From assembly GCF_006345805.1 (NCBI RefSeq), contig NC_043009.1, positions 25,358,001 through 25,422,000 of the forward strand: a stretch of 64,000 nt of DNA, read 5' to 3'. Below the pieces are notes generated by a model. That model had not been told where the DNA came from, made no database searches, and worked only from the letters and a program-made list of their open reading frames with translations. Positions 49,315 through 62,502 of the stretch are shown in pieces (within the stretch, counting starts at the first letter, position 1; the number at the start of each line of letters is the position of its first letter). The translations under genes were made by a program, and so were the position numbers. The DNA comes from Octopus sinensis (taxonomy: Eukaryota).

Positions 49315-51874
49315 TGTATATATATATGTATGCATGGACTCTCTATCTCTCACACACACATGACAGTCAGCCTGAAGCCATCCAACAAAACACTTGCCCG
49401 AAGTACTGCACAGAGCTGTGCTTATCCTCATGATTGCAAAGCCAAAAGCTTAAGCATTTTGCCATACTGCATCTACATATATAATCTGTCTATCCGTCTA
49501 TTTGTTTATCTACCTATTTGTCTGTCTTTCTATTTATCTATCTTTCTGTCAGCCTGTCTATCTATCTCTCTCTATCTATCAAATATCTACCAACGTATCT
49601 ATCTGTCTTTTTGTCTTTCTATTTATCTGTCTGTTTCTGTTCTATCTATCCCCTCTCTGTCTGTCTGTCTCTCTCCTCTCCCTCCCTTTCTCTCTCTCTC
49701 TCTCTCTCTCTCCCCATCACTCACTACTAGACAGTTTCTGTTGATTCATTTACATTCCCTATAACTTAGTGGTTCAGCAAAAAAGACCAATAGAATAAAT
49801 ACCAGACTTAAAAATTAAGATTGCGATTGACCAAATCCTTGAAGTTCATGCTGCAGCATGACCACAACCTAGTGGCGGAAAAAACGAAATAGAGAGGATG
49901 GTCACAACTGGAATGTGTTTGAACAAAATTATGCTCGATCATGTCTGACCCAGGGTTAAACCACAACAAAGAGATTGAGCCTCTATGCAGTCACTAACCT
50001 ATTAGAAATAGCAGTCAAATTTTCTACAGTTTGTATCCTACTGTCTTATACAAAAGACAGACATTTGATGATGTAGTCTTGGATGCATTACATATGGTAA
50101 AAAAAAAAAGATATGATGGCCATGACTGGAACACCCTTTATCATAGGCCTACTGAATCAGTTGACCTGGGGTTAAATGGAAAGTACATCATACTGGCAAC
50201 CAGCATTTAGGCCCTTCCCCACTTTCTAAATAAATGATTCACTATTTCCGCTGCATCTTATGAAATCTATAGTTTGAAATAAATAAATAATAATAATAAT
50301 AATAACAACAACAACAACAACAACAATAATAATAATAATAATAATAATGGCATGGATTAATCATAGACACTAAGAGATATTGATGATTCTATTGCAGTAT
50401 CCTGTAGGGATGTATCAATGCCGCAACAAGGCAGCAGTGGGTGGAAGAGAATATTCTACAATGGATTATTGTGTGTGTTTGTCCTGAGTCTGTAATTTTT
50501 GTGTGCATCCATACATACACATTTTGATGCTTAACTATGGATAATCAGATATTTCACTTTCTCCCATTTTCCATTGCTTATTGTTGTTTTTTTTTTTTTT
50601 GGTTTTGTATATTTACATGTATTTGAAGATGCATGCAATTTATAAAATGTGTTTGTGTGTATATGATAATGTGTTTGTGTGTGTATATATATATATGTAT
50701 GTATGTATATGTATATATATTGGCAAATCCCTAAACAAAAGAAAAACAGGAAAAACAACAAAAATCAATTGAATGTATATAGTGAATATATTAGATTGAT
50801 TCTCAGTGAAAGTTTTAGATGGAAAAATAGGAGTGGATATGACATTTCAAGCATGGCTCTTTGTCGGAAAAAGGGAAAAGTCCAGAGAGGAGGAAGGAGC
50901 AGATAGTCTGGAGAAAAGCATTTGTGTTGTTACATATATATATATATATATACACATATATGTATGTTTGTGTATATAAATTGTTTTTGTATATGATAAT
51001 GATCTGTGTATATATATATTTATATATACATATACACAATGATATATATATATATGTACATACATATATATATATATATATTAAACATTTGTGTGTGTGT
51101 GTATATGTATTAACAAAAATGAGCAAAGAGTGGTCAGTAGAATGAGTAGAAATAACAAAGAAGAATAATGGTTCTATATTAAATAAGTACATGTTTCTGC
51201 CTCAACAGGCATCATCAGCACAGCTTAGATTAAAGTGAAGCTATTGTGAAAGTCACTGAAAATGCCATTAATGTAGTTGTAAATACATCTGGACAATAGC
51301 TGTAATGCTTTTGGATCTTATGTGTGTTTGGTCAGACATAAGGTAAACAACATTAATGGAATCACTCACAGACACTAGGAGAAAATATCGCTGTGATAAT
51401 GGTAATTTGGAGGAACAAATACTTTTAAAAACTGACTGTCAGCTTCTAACTACTTGGCTGTTAAGCAAGAATGATACTTATTGGCAAGCATATTCTTTTC
51501 TACTCTAGGCACAAGGCCTGAAATTTTTGGGGAGGTGGCCAGTCGATTAGATTGACTCTGGTACACAACTAGTACTTAATTTATCGACCCCAAAAAGATG
51601 AAAAGCAAAGTCGACCTTGGCAGAATTTGAACTCAGAACGTAAAGCCAGACTAAATACCGCTAAGTATTTTGCCCAGTGTGCTAATGTTTCTGCCAGTTT
51701 GCGTTGAAGCAAGCATATTATAATGGGATGGTCATAGCTGGGTTGTTTTTGATATTAGATATACTCAATCGAGAATAACCTGGGGCTAACACCAACTATC
51801 AAAATTTGCTCTTTATGTTATTTTTGGATTGCACTTTTAATTATAAAAGGATTGAATGCAAACAAATGGATGTG

Positions 51875-52357
51875 TTAACCCTTTTGTTACCATATTTCTG
51901 TTAAGATGCTCTGTGTTTCTTTCAGTTAATTTTAAATATAACAAAGAATTTGATAAAATGACTTAGTTGTCATTAAGCTAGTGTTAGCAACATAAATTGT
52001 AACCAAGGTTTGGTGGAAGATTTTAATTCAAAACTTATGGAAACAAGACATCTGTTCTAAAGAGCCTGAACCAGTTTCAGCCAGGTTGGTACCAAAAGGT
52101 TTAAGAATTGTTTCTCTATTATATATTTTAACCCTTTTGTTACAGTATTTATTTTGAGATGCTCTGTGGTTCTTTCAATTTATTTTAAATATAACAAAGA
52201 ATTTGATAAAATAACTTAGTTATCTTTAAGCTAGTGTTAGGAACATAAATTATGACTAAGGTTTGGTGGAAGATTTTAGTTCAAAACTTATGGAAACAAG
52301 ACATTTGTATTACAGAGTTAGAGGCAGTTTGAGGCAGGTTGGTATCAAAAGGGTTAA
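51875..52357. mobile_element. Two tandem TTAA-flanked (piggyBac-like) MITEs, family M1
   Basis: TTAA-CCCTTT ... AAAGG(G/T)-TTAA at 51875-52104 and 52128-52357. A partial copy lies at ~9960-10104. Confidence 0.75.
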
Positions 52358-53712
52358 TCTTCATTTTTATAAAGGAATACTACCAGCATGTTAATCCAGT
52401 TCCACAAGAGCTTATACTTACATCAATAAGGTTGTTGCTTTTTTTATTTTTGTCTGTCATGAATACTAAATAATTGCTGGTGTTCTTGAATCAATGTCTT
52501 ATTTTTTTTTATAGCAAATCCTCCATCAGGTTGTGGGTAGGATGTTGCAATTATGATCTTACAATTGTGGTTTTAATTCACAGACTGAGTGGTGTGTTGT
52601 GCTCTTCAGGAAAACACTTCATTTCACTTTGCTCTAGTCCACTTAGCTTTAAATGAGTCCCAACAATGACTGGGAGATTAACCCTACAACGGACATACTC
52701 AGTGAGGTGCATTGTAAGTAATTTCAATGACATATGTCATGAAAATGAGGTTAAGGTCTGGCCTTGTGAGGCCTAGGACTTGTAATATAATCTAAGTAAG
52801 ACTAATCCATTTGATTCTAGATTCTGCTTCCTAAAGTAACATTCTATCAGTACAGAACAGGCGAACTGTTGCTTGTGGACTCTTATCCTTTCTGTCCCTC
52901 TGCAAATGGAGGATCCACTTCCATGAAAAATGTATCTGAATCATCTAATAACCCTATTGCTAGTTTTACTATCATCTGACAAGCAAATACTGCTGCTGCT
53001 GCTGCTAGTAGTAGTAGTAGTAGTATGATCATATCTATGTCCAGTTTTTGAAGAGGTTGGCATCCAGCCATATAACATCTCAAAAAGAGCGACAAGATGG
53101 TGTCATTTCCTCCCTTGTTTTTAACAAGGAAAATAGCCTTTAAAACACTTATTCTACTACTACAACTTTATGTTGTTATTATTATTATTATATTCCTCTT
53201 GACATTTCAGTTGTTTCAATGGTTTCTTGATAAGTATCTTGATAATGAAAAAGAAGCTTTGATGAAGACAAAATATATTATCACTGCAAACATTACAAAA
53301 GCTTTCCTTATCAATGTTTCATGTGTGGCTGTGTGTGTGTGTGTGTGTCAAAGTTTGCTTGCTCTCAGATAGACTTCAAGTGCTGAAGAGCCTCAAAGAA
53401 TGAATGAACTTTGCAAACAAACATAAATACATGTAGAGTCAAGTTATTTTCTGCTAGTCTCTCTGCTTATGTTCTTTTTTCTTTTCTTTTCTTCTTGTTC
53501 CGTTATTGCTTCTAATTCATTACCTTTAATATTACAGTTTAATGTTCATCCTAACAAGATGCACTGTTAAAAACTGGTAAATAATTATAAATTAATGGCA
53601 ATGTAAAAAGATGCTCTTCCAACATCATTTTTTTCCACAAGTGTTAAATATCAAAGGACTGAATTTTTGCCTCATCCTCTGTGTGTGTGTGTGTATATAT
53701 ATATACACACAC

Positions 53713-53884
53713 ATTTTTTTCTCGCCTTGCTTCTCTCCTTGTTTTTTCTGTGTCCCTTTCTGCAGAAGAGCGTAGGCTCGAAGCATAAAAGACTTTTTTC
53801 TATTCCTGAGCGTTATACTAATACACCTGTTTGTTTTGTACACCACCTGTCTTTGCCTTTTGTTTTTTTCGTAAACTCTCCCCC
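53713..53884 (+). mobile_element. Penelope-like terminal-repeat remnant in (TA)n
   Basis: A homologous copy lies in opposite orientation at 44435-44595, and a fragment at 8812-8865. Carries a degenerate hammerhead-like motif ctgcagaa-gagc-gtag-gctc-gaa(g/a). The PLE assignment is an inference. Confidence 0.5.
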
Positions 53885-53892
53885 TATATATA

Positions 53893-53925
<33 letters not shown>

Positions 53926-54172
53926 GATAGATAGATAGATCAGTGGTGACTCTGGCACTCAGGCTGTTTGAGCTTAGCCCGAATATAAATTTAGTAAAGT
54001 GAACATGTATTTGTATGCTGGTTTAATTTCTGCCAACACTGACTTCAAGTATGTAATTGCAGCCAATAACTCTGGGATTGATAAAATAAGTACCAGTTGC
54101 ATAATGGGGCATTATAGTCAACTTATCATCCCCTCCCTGAATTTGCTGGTCTTCAGCCAAAATTTGAAATCA

Positions 54173-54229
<57 letters not shown>

Positions 54230-54234
54230 TATAC

Positions 54235-54625
54235 ATTTTTTTATTTGTTTCAGTTATTTGACTCTGGCCATGCTGGAGCACCGCCTTTTAGTCGAGCAAA
54301 TTGACCCCCAGGACTTATTCTTTGTAAGCCTAGTACTTATTCTATCGGCCTCTTTTGCCAAACTGCTATGTTATGGGGACAAAAACTAACCAACATCGGT
54401 TGTCAAGCGATGGTGGGGGACAAGCACAGACACACAAATACATACACACACACACACATATATATATATATAAATATATACATATGATGGGCTTCTTTCA
54501 GTTTCCATCTACCAAATCCACTCACAAGGCTTTGGTCGGCCCAAGGTTATAATAGAAGACACTTACCCAAGGTTCTACGGGTTGGGACAGAACCTGGAAC
54601 CATGTGTTAAGGAAGCAAGCTTCTT
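54235..54625 (-). mobile_element. SINE family A full-length copy
   Basis: Reverse complement of the family A consensus. Confidence 0.82.
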
Positions 54626-54678
54626 ACAACACATTTGTCAATTAGCGTGTTTCAGTGTTGAACAGAGCACTGCCACAG

Positions 54679-54798
54679 TTTAGGCTACCTGTTGCCATCC
54701 ACAGTCACAGTATATTTCTGTTGGATCTACTTCAGGAACTCTGCAGTGTCAGTTGGAGTAAATATCTCATGACTGCGGATGGCAACAGGTAGCCTAAA
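54679..54798. mobile_element. 120-bp MITE-like element with 29-bp inverted repeats
   Basis: tttaggctacctgttgccatccacagtca (54679-54707) versus tgactgcggatggcaacaggtagcctaaa (54770-54798), one mismatch. Confidence 0.7.
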
Positions 54799-54824
54799 TG
54801 CGCCTTCACCCCATATATGTGTGT

Positions 54825-55235
54825 GTATAGGTGCAGGAGTAGCTGTGTGGTAAGTGGCTTGCTTTCCAACCACATGGTTCCGGGTTCAGTCCCACTGCAT
54901 GGCACCTTGAGCAAGTATTATCTACTATAGCCTCAGGCCAACTAAAGCCTTGTGAGTGGATGTGGTAAATGGAAACTGAAAGCAGCCCATCATCATCATC
55001 ACTGTATATATATATATATATACGTATTTGTGTGTCTGTGTTTGCCCCTCCCCCAAACATCGTTTGAGAACCGATGTTGGTGTGTTTACGACCCCATAAC
55101 TTAGTGGTTCAGCAAAAGAGACTGGTAGAATAAGTACTAGGCTTACAAAGAATAGGTCTTGGGGTTGATTTGTTCCGGCAAAAGCGGTGCTCCAGCATGG
55201 CTGCAGTCAAATGACTCAGGCAAGTAAAACAACAA
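54825..55235 (+). mobile_element. SINE family A full-length copy
   Basis: Head aggagtagctgtgtggtaagtggcttgc through tail cagtcaaatgac. Confidence 0.82.
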
Positions 55236-55748
55236 AAGAATAATATATTGAGAGAGAGAGTGAGAATTTTACCCACTCATGTCAACAATAATCTGCTTTC
55301 AGTAGCGAGAAAATAGAAATTTTGTGAAAAAGATCCATGTGTGTTAATTAGCTCAAAAATTCAAATGTTGCTTGATATTGCTGAGAAAGATATTCCCAAT
55401 GCCTCACACTACACTATTGTTGATATTTTTGTCTGTTGTACAGCAAATATTTAAATAAAGACACTTAATTGTAGCTTTGTGTAGTATTGGGTTTAAACCC
55501 AGAAAGATTTCTATAGACGAGGAAGATAATGGCAATGACCTAAAAGGAAAAAAGAACACACAAATACACATGTTTATACATAGGTGTGTATTTATATATG
55601 TATAGGTATGTTTGGTTACATACATATAATACATAGATAAATATATATATATATATATATATGTGTGTATATATTTGAGGAGTTTCAATATAGGTGTAAA
55701 AATATACCATAAACAAGTATAAAAAAATGTAGAGTGTGTGTGTGTGTG

Positions 55749-56480
55749 CTAGCAGTAATACTTGTCGTTGAATCAGGTAATTACTTTTACTGTTTCTCAG
55801 GCCAAGAAGCTAGAAAAATGAGTATATCGAATAGAAGAATAGCTTTACGGAATCCAGTTGACTGCAATGACACTGAAAAGGCTGCAGGTTAAGTGGAACA
55901 TTGCTGCTCATATAGAAAAAGCATTGCATATCATGCATTTGTTTGACGGTCGACTTTTAGGAGACATTTTTTTTATTAGAAATATTAGTAAGTAATAGTG
56001 AAATGAAATTACAGGTGCTGTGTCCTGTCAGAATTAGTGCTGAAATTCCAACGCTATATTACAGGAATGGAAGGCAAGGCAACAGTAAGTAATAGACCAA
56101 TGAAATTACAAATGCTGTGTCCTGTCACTCAGACTTAGGCTTACTCGTCCTGTATGTGTGTGTTATATAAGAGAATGGTTGAAGTAGAAAAAAAGATGGA
56201 TTTCATATACAAACTTCTGTTTGTTCTTCAAGTTGTAATCCAGCAACTTTTAGTGCTTGGCCCTGACTTTTATTAATGCTCATGGCAAAAGAAAGTGGGA
56301 TAGTAAACTATAAGGGCTTAAATTTAAATGGGACATTAGATGGTATAACTGGTATGCGAGGAAAGAAGACAGAGTCACGTTTGCCACAACCAGTGAGAAT
56401 ATTTGCCTCAATGCAATTCGACATAGGTCTGTGCACAATTAGTGTTGCCTCCCGTGAACCATTTACTTTCATTTTATGGG
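55749..56480 (-). mobile_element. Autonomous-type Helitron 3' remnant with PIF1 helicase fragment
   Basis: Minus strand reads SNCIEANILTGCGKRDSVFFPRIPVIPSNVPFKFKPL*FTIPLSFAMSINKSQGQALKVAGLQLEE, which contains Helitron PIF1 motifs and one nonsense codon. The 3' end cctgattcaacgacaagtattactgCTAG resembles the 48416 terminus. Confidence 0.82.
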
Positions 56481-57234
56481 ACAAACAAGCACACAAACGG
56501 ACAGAATCTCTCTTTTATATATATAGATATATACATATCGTGGTCGCTTGACCAGCCAGGCTATCAGATGTTGTTACACATCGCTAGTCACATGCTTTTT
56601 AGACTTCAAATGATGTCACCCCATAGGCTAGGTATGCAGGTCAACATTCCTCCTTGGTTGAAAGAGGGACTGGAGCAATGATGTGTATTGCTCAAGAACA
56701 CAAAACACTGCCCAGCCACTGAATTGAACCCACAATCTAGTGATTGCAACAGCCTAACCACTAGGCCATGCACTTATCTATGTATGTACACAAACACACA
56801 CACATATAAATATACCAGGTGCTGGTGGCATGTAAAAAGTACCATTCAAGTGTGATCGATGCCAGTGCCGCCTGACTGGCCCCTATGCCAGTGGCATGTA
56901 AAAAGCACCCACTACATTCTCAGAGTGGTTGGCATTAGGAAGGACATCCAGCTGTAGAAACATTAGAGTCTGATGCAGCCTCCTGGCTTGCCAGTCCTCA
57001 GTCACACCGTCCAACCCATGCCAGCATGGAAAGCGGATGTTAAAAGATGACGATGATAATGTGTATTCCCAAATTTAAAATTATTCTGCTTGGAAATAAC
57101 TGAGTGTTGGTGACAAGAAGGGCATCTTGGACATGGAATATCTGCTTCTACTAATTTCATCTGATCCATGCTAGCATCAAAAGGTGGATGTTAAAATGCT
57201 GCTGATGACATACAGACATCTATACACATCCCCA

Positions 57235-57267
<33 letters not shown>

Positions 57268-57536
57268 CATATGTATATGTGCGTGTATGCATGTATACAT
57301 GTGTATGTATATATATATACATATATAAATGTATGCGTGTATATATATATGTATATTTATACATACACATATTTGTTTATATAATAATTTTCGACAGGAG
57401 AATGTGAAAACAAATATGGTTTGCCTGATACATTTATTAAATTTTTGTTTACCAAATTATCTTCATTGACAGATCAGGACAGATATCAAGTGTTTCCACA
57501 ACAAGCCATGCCTATGCTTTAATATTTGTGTATGTA

Positions 57537-57935
57537 AGGCAGCGAGCTGGCATAATTGTTAGCATGCCGGGTGAAATGCTTAGTGGTATTTTGTCTGTCT
57601 TTATGTTGTGAGTTCAAATTCCACCGAGGTCAACTTTGCCTTTCATCCTTTCGGGGTCAATTAAATAAGTACCAGTTACGCACTGGAGTTGATATAATCG
57701 ACTTAATCCATTTGTCTGTCTTTGTTTGTCCCCTCTGAGTGTAGCCCCTTGTGGGCAGTAAAGAAATAGGTATTTTCGTCTGTCTTTACGTTGAGTTCAA
57801 ATTCTGCTGAGGTCAACTTTGCCTTTCATCCTTTCAGGGTCGATAAATTAAGCACCAGTTGCGTACTGGGGTCAATCTAATCGACTGCCCTCCCCTCTCC
57901 CCAAATTTTGGGCCTTGTACCTAGAGTATAAAAAA
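57537..57935 (+). mobile_element. Tandem family B SINEs
   Basis: One full copy, then a copy lacking part of the head. Confidence 0.78.
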
Positions 57936-58671
57936 TATTCATGTATGTGTGTGTGTGTATGCATGTTCATTGGTGAAGCAGAAGCTCACCCTTTCTTTAT
58001 TATCCTACATTCATACCTTTTATGTCCAGTTTTTAAAACATGTAAATAACCATCACCTACATACATGTGTCTTCATCATCATTTAACATCTTCTTTTTCA
58101 TGACTGCACGGGTCGGAGGGAATTATTTGAGGCAGATGCCCCACCTGTTTCCAAGCAAGGTATTGCTTCCCCATGATCAGGTTATACCATAACTAACGTT
58201 CTCAAAGAAGTTTGGTAACAGATAGCACTGCCTGCATGATAGAGACACTCATTTATGACTAGCATGTGAAGTGAAGCAAAGAAACAGTCACACACGTAGA
58301 CACACACACATATGAGGCACTTCTTTCAGTTTGCATCTAAATCCATTCACAAGGCTTTGGTAGGTCTGGGGCTGTTGTAGAAGACACTTGCCCAAGGTGC
58401 CATGCAGTGGGACTGAACCTAGAATTAAATGGTTGGGAAATAAACTTATTTCCACATAGCCATGCTATTCCTGTGTACATATCTATCTGTCTATTTATTT
58501 ATGTGCACACATATATGTGTGTGTGTCTATGTATATATATAGTCAATAATATTGTCTAAAAGTTTGGTGTGTGGTAAAGTAACATTTTTTTACTGAACCC
58601 TAATTATATAACGTAATGTTTATATATATATATATATATATATACATACATATATATATATATACATACAT

Positions 58672-59050
58672 ACTCTCTTTTACTTGTTTAGTCATTTGAC
58701 TGTGGCCATGCTGGAGCACCGCCTTTAGTCGAGCAAATTGACCCCAGGACTTATTCTTTATAAGCCTAGTACTTATTCTATCGGTCTCTTTTGCTGAACC
58801 ACTAAGTTACAGGGACGTAAACACACCAGCATCGGTTGTCAAGCGATGTTGGGGAGACAAACACAGACACGCAAACATATACACTCACACATACATATAC
58901 ATGTATACCACGGGCTTCTTTCAGTTTCCGTCTACCAAATCCACACACAAGGCTTTCGTCGGCCCGAAGCTATAGTAGAAGAGACTTGCCCAAGGTGCCA
59001 CACAATGGGACTGAACCTGGAACCATGTGGTTGGTAAGCAAGCTACTTAC
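58672..59050 (-). mobile_element. SINE family A full-length copy
   Basis: Reverse complement of the family A consensus. Confidence 0.82.
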
Positions 59051-60314
59051 TCGTATGCCTATATATGTAAAAACCATGCCAAAACTGACCTTGCCTGTGC
59101 TGGTGCCATGTAAAAAGTACTCAGTCCAATCATGCAGGGTGGTTGGTGTAAGGAAGGGTATCCAGCTTTATAAACCAGGCCAAAACAGCCACAGAAGCCT
59201 GGTGTAGTCTTCTGCCTGGCCAGCTCCTGTCAAACCGTCCAACCCATGCCAGCATGAAAGCTGGACGTTAAATGATGATGAAAACGATATACATATATAT
59301 TTATATACAATGAGCTTCTTTTAGTTTCTGTCTACCAAATCGACTCACAAGGCTTTGACCGGTCTGGAACTGTAGAAAATGACACTTGCTAAGATACCAC
59401 ACAGCCATGCTTGTAGGAGCACTCCATCGGTTACGACGAGTGTCTCATCTGATCCGATCAACGGAACAACCTGCTCATGAAATTAACGTGCATATGACTG
59501 AGCAATCCACAGACACACGTACCCCTAACGTAGTTCTCAGGGAGATTCAGTGTGACAAGGCAGGCCCTTTGAAATACAGGTACAACTCATTTTTGCCAGC
59601 CGAGTGGACTGGAGCAACGTAAAATAAAGTGTCTTGCTCAAGGACACAACGCATCGCCGGGAATCAAACTCACAACCTTACAATCATGAGCTGAATGCCC
59701 CAACCACTAAGCCATGCTTGTATCTTTGGTACAACAAAATAAACACCAGGAGAAAATTGAGGTTGACCTAACTGGCTCAACCCCTCCCTCTTTCCAGTGA
59801 CAGGGTGTGACTCTGTGGTTACAGTATTCTGCTCCCAATCATAAGGTCATGTGTTCAATTCCTGGCTGAGCATTATGTCCTTGAGCAAGATGCTTTACTT
59901 CACACTGCTCCAGTCCATTCAGCTAACAAAAGCAAGTAGTACCTGAAATTCATAGGGTCAGTTTTGTCACACTGAACCTCCCTGAGGACTATGTTAAGGG
60001 TACATGCGTCTGAGGACTGCTCAGCCACTTGCACATTAATTTCACAAGCAGGATATTCTGTTGATCAGATCAACTGGAACACTCGTTATCGTAACTGACG
60101 GAGCGCCTGAATAGAAAATATAATACCAGTCATATACTGTGGTTGACTTAATTTACTCTCAAATTTGTGAGATTCTGTTCATGTTAGAAATCAATATTAT
60201 GAACAACATTAAAGTCCAATATTACAGGCGACATTAAAATTCTTTCTGAAAGTCCAGTGAAGAACATGAAACAACTCATGACACAGTATCAGATAGCGTG
60301 CAGTAAGGCCATAC

Positions 60315-60381
60315 TTCCCTCCAGCCATTGAAATTCATTTCATCTTCCAGATCAATAATACATTTGAAGTCTTTATAACAT
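60315..60381 (-). CDS. Candidate internal exon of an unidentified gene
   Basis: Pyrimidine-rich acceptor (ttttctcttcttgtgatctttctttggattaaAG), donor gaa|GTATGG, open frame CYKDFKCIIDLEDEMNFNGWRE. No homolog recognised. Confidence 0.2.
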
Positions 60382-61042
60382 CTTTAATCCAAAGAAAGAT
60401 CACAAGAAGAGAAAATCACTATCAAATTTAAACAGCAAAATCATGAGGGAATTGAGATGCAGGTAAGGTCAAATGGCATAGCAACTTGCACCAAAATATT
60501 TCTCCACCTCAACCAGCTACCAAAAACTTAGGTGGTTACTATAGTTGTTGATGTTTCACCCCCCAATGGTCCAAATTTACTAGACATTCCAGCCATGGCC
60601 ATCACAAAACGGTGTGTAATGCATTGCTAGATGCAGTGTTTTTCAATTTTGGTTAAGACAGCATGTGAGTTGAGGAAGGCTTGGCTACTATTTCTACCAG
60701 GTTTAGTAACACTAGTGACTAATTACTTGAATGGCCAATGCTATCTGAGAAATAACTAAAGAAAAATATAGATATTTTCTTTTTAATTTCCAAAATGTTG
60801 CATATTTGCAATGATGTGGTTATGTCGTTCAATTTCATGGTCATTTGCATAAATCATCATTCTATGTTCACTTTCTATGCTGGCATGGGTTGGATGGCTT
60901 GAGAGAAACTGGCAAGTCAGAGGACTGTACCAAGCTCCACTGTATGTTTTGGCATGGTTTTTACAGCTGGATACCCATTCTAATGCCAACCACTTTACAG
61001 AGCGGATTCGGTGCTTTTTATGTGTAGCCAGCACCGGCTCAC

Positions 61043-61142
61043 CAAAAATTACAATTGATATTTTCTGCTTCCGCAATATTTTTTCCATATCTCCTATAGG
61101 AATGGTTTTCATATCCACCACCAAAAGTATCTGATTGTTGCT
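61043..61142 (-). CDS. Candidate internal exon of an unidentified gene
   Basis: Strong acceptor (tttcacacattccctcaaatgtctctttatAG) and donor ttg|GTGAGC. Two frames are open: SNNQILLVVDMKTIPIGDMEKILRKQKISIVIF or QQSDTFGGGYENHSYRRYGKNIAEAENINCNF. The donor abuts a repeat. No homolog recognised. Confidence 0.2.
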
Positions 61143-61506
61143 CTATAAAGAGACATTTGAGGGAATGTGTGAAAAAAAAAAAGAAAAAATCTAAAAAATT
61201 GTCTCATGTAAAAAGTGTCATGGAAGGTGACTCTGCTTCTCACAGCACAAAAAGGTTTTTTCCTTTTTCCAAAACTGCTTTCTGCACTTAATGGTAATAA
61301 AACTTTGAGCAGATATATCTGCTTTCCACATTCAAAGGGTTACAGACACTTGAACATGCGATACACAGGACCTGTGACATACACTGAGCTATAAGTTATA
61401 TAAAAGGTAAAAAAATGGAAATCCATCAGAAATATGTTCAGACTATCATAGAACAGTAGAATTCCTTTCAGAAATTGGTTGTAGGAGTTAGTATTATAAA
61501 ATTTAC

Positions 61507-62502
61507 TTAACCTTTTAGTATTCAGATTCCTGTCAAATGTATTGCTTATTTATTCACATTTTTCCTTAATTAAGCATTATCACATAGCTTCAAGATTTCA
61601 ATGATGTTATTGTTTATTTTTAGATTGACATTGTAGGGTAGGTGCAAGAAGCAAGATCTGATCAATTTGAGCATGAAAAAGGGAGAATAATTTAGGTTGG
61701 ACATGGCCAGATCAAATGCCAAAGGTTTAAATATTGATGATAGTTGTAAAGTAAACATCTGGTACATGCAGACATTGACCCTTTTTTGACACCAAACCTT
61801 CCATGAAAATATCATGCAAATGTATGTTCTAAACTGCAGTTTAATGAGGGAGGAGTTATTTTAATAAATTCACCATATTCTTCATTGTTTTCAAAATTAA
61901 TTGAAACAAAAGCAGCATATGCTAATGCAAGGGGTTAAATTTCAGGCTTACTGTTACTTTAACCCTTTAGACTTCCGATTACTCTGCCAAATGTAATGCT
62001 TAGCTATTCACATAGTTTTGAATTAATGAATTGTGTCATAGCTTTTAGATTTGGATGATGTTCTTATCTATTTTTAGAATGGTAGGGTAGGTGTGAGATG
62101 TTAGATCAGGCCAGTTTGAACATAAAGCAGGAAGCAAATTTCAGTCGGATATGGCTCCTTCAAATGCTAATGGGTTAAGTAGAATGGAAAACTGGCAGAA
62201 AAATCAGACCAAATGTATTGCCCTTCCATCATTAAGGAAATGAATGGAAACGGTAGTAGTAAAATATTGCAGTTGCTTTAACCCATTACCATTCAGATTA
62301 TTTAATCAAATGTAATGCTTAGATATTCTCCATCTGGAATTAATCATGCATTAACTTTTAGGAGTGAGATTTTGATGATGTGATTGTTTATTTTTAGAAT
62401 AACATTTTAGGGTAGGTGTGAGAAGCTGCATTTGGCCACTTTGAAAATAAAACAGGTAGAATATCTTGGGTTGGAAATGGTGTTTAAATGCTAAACGGTT
62501 AA
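61507..62502. mobile_element. Cluster of TTAA-flanked MITEs, family M2
   Basis: ~220-bp copies at 61507-61730, 61959-62178 and 62278-62502 (ttaacc.tt..cattcagatt...aaatgctaaa.ggttaa). Others: 63451-63665, 45391-45619, and partial copies at 27355-27480 and 47773-47850. Confidence 0.75.

Noticed and set aside
49014-49433. 139-aa ORF as a host gene
   Set aside because: It begins right after a stop, has no recognisable domain and runs into microsatellite and SINE sequence. It is kept only as possible Helitron-internal sequence.
60205-60330. Minus-strand frame containing HELFH (HExxH-like)
   Set aside because: It is bounded by stops, lacks a good acceptor and has no other metalloprotease or CREST motifs.
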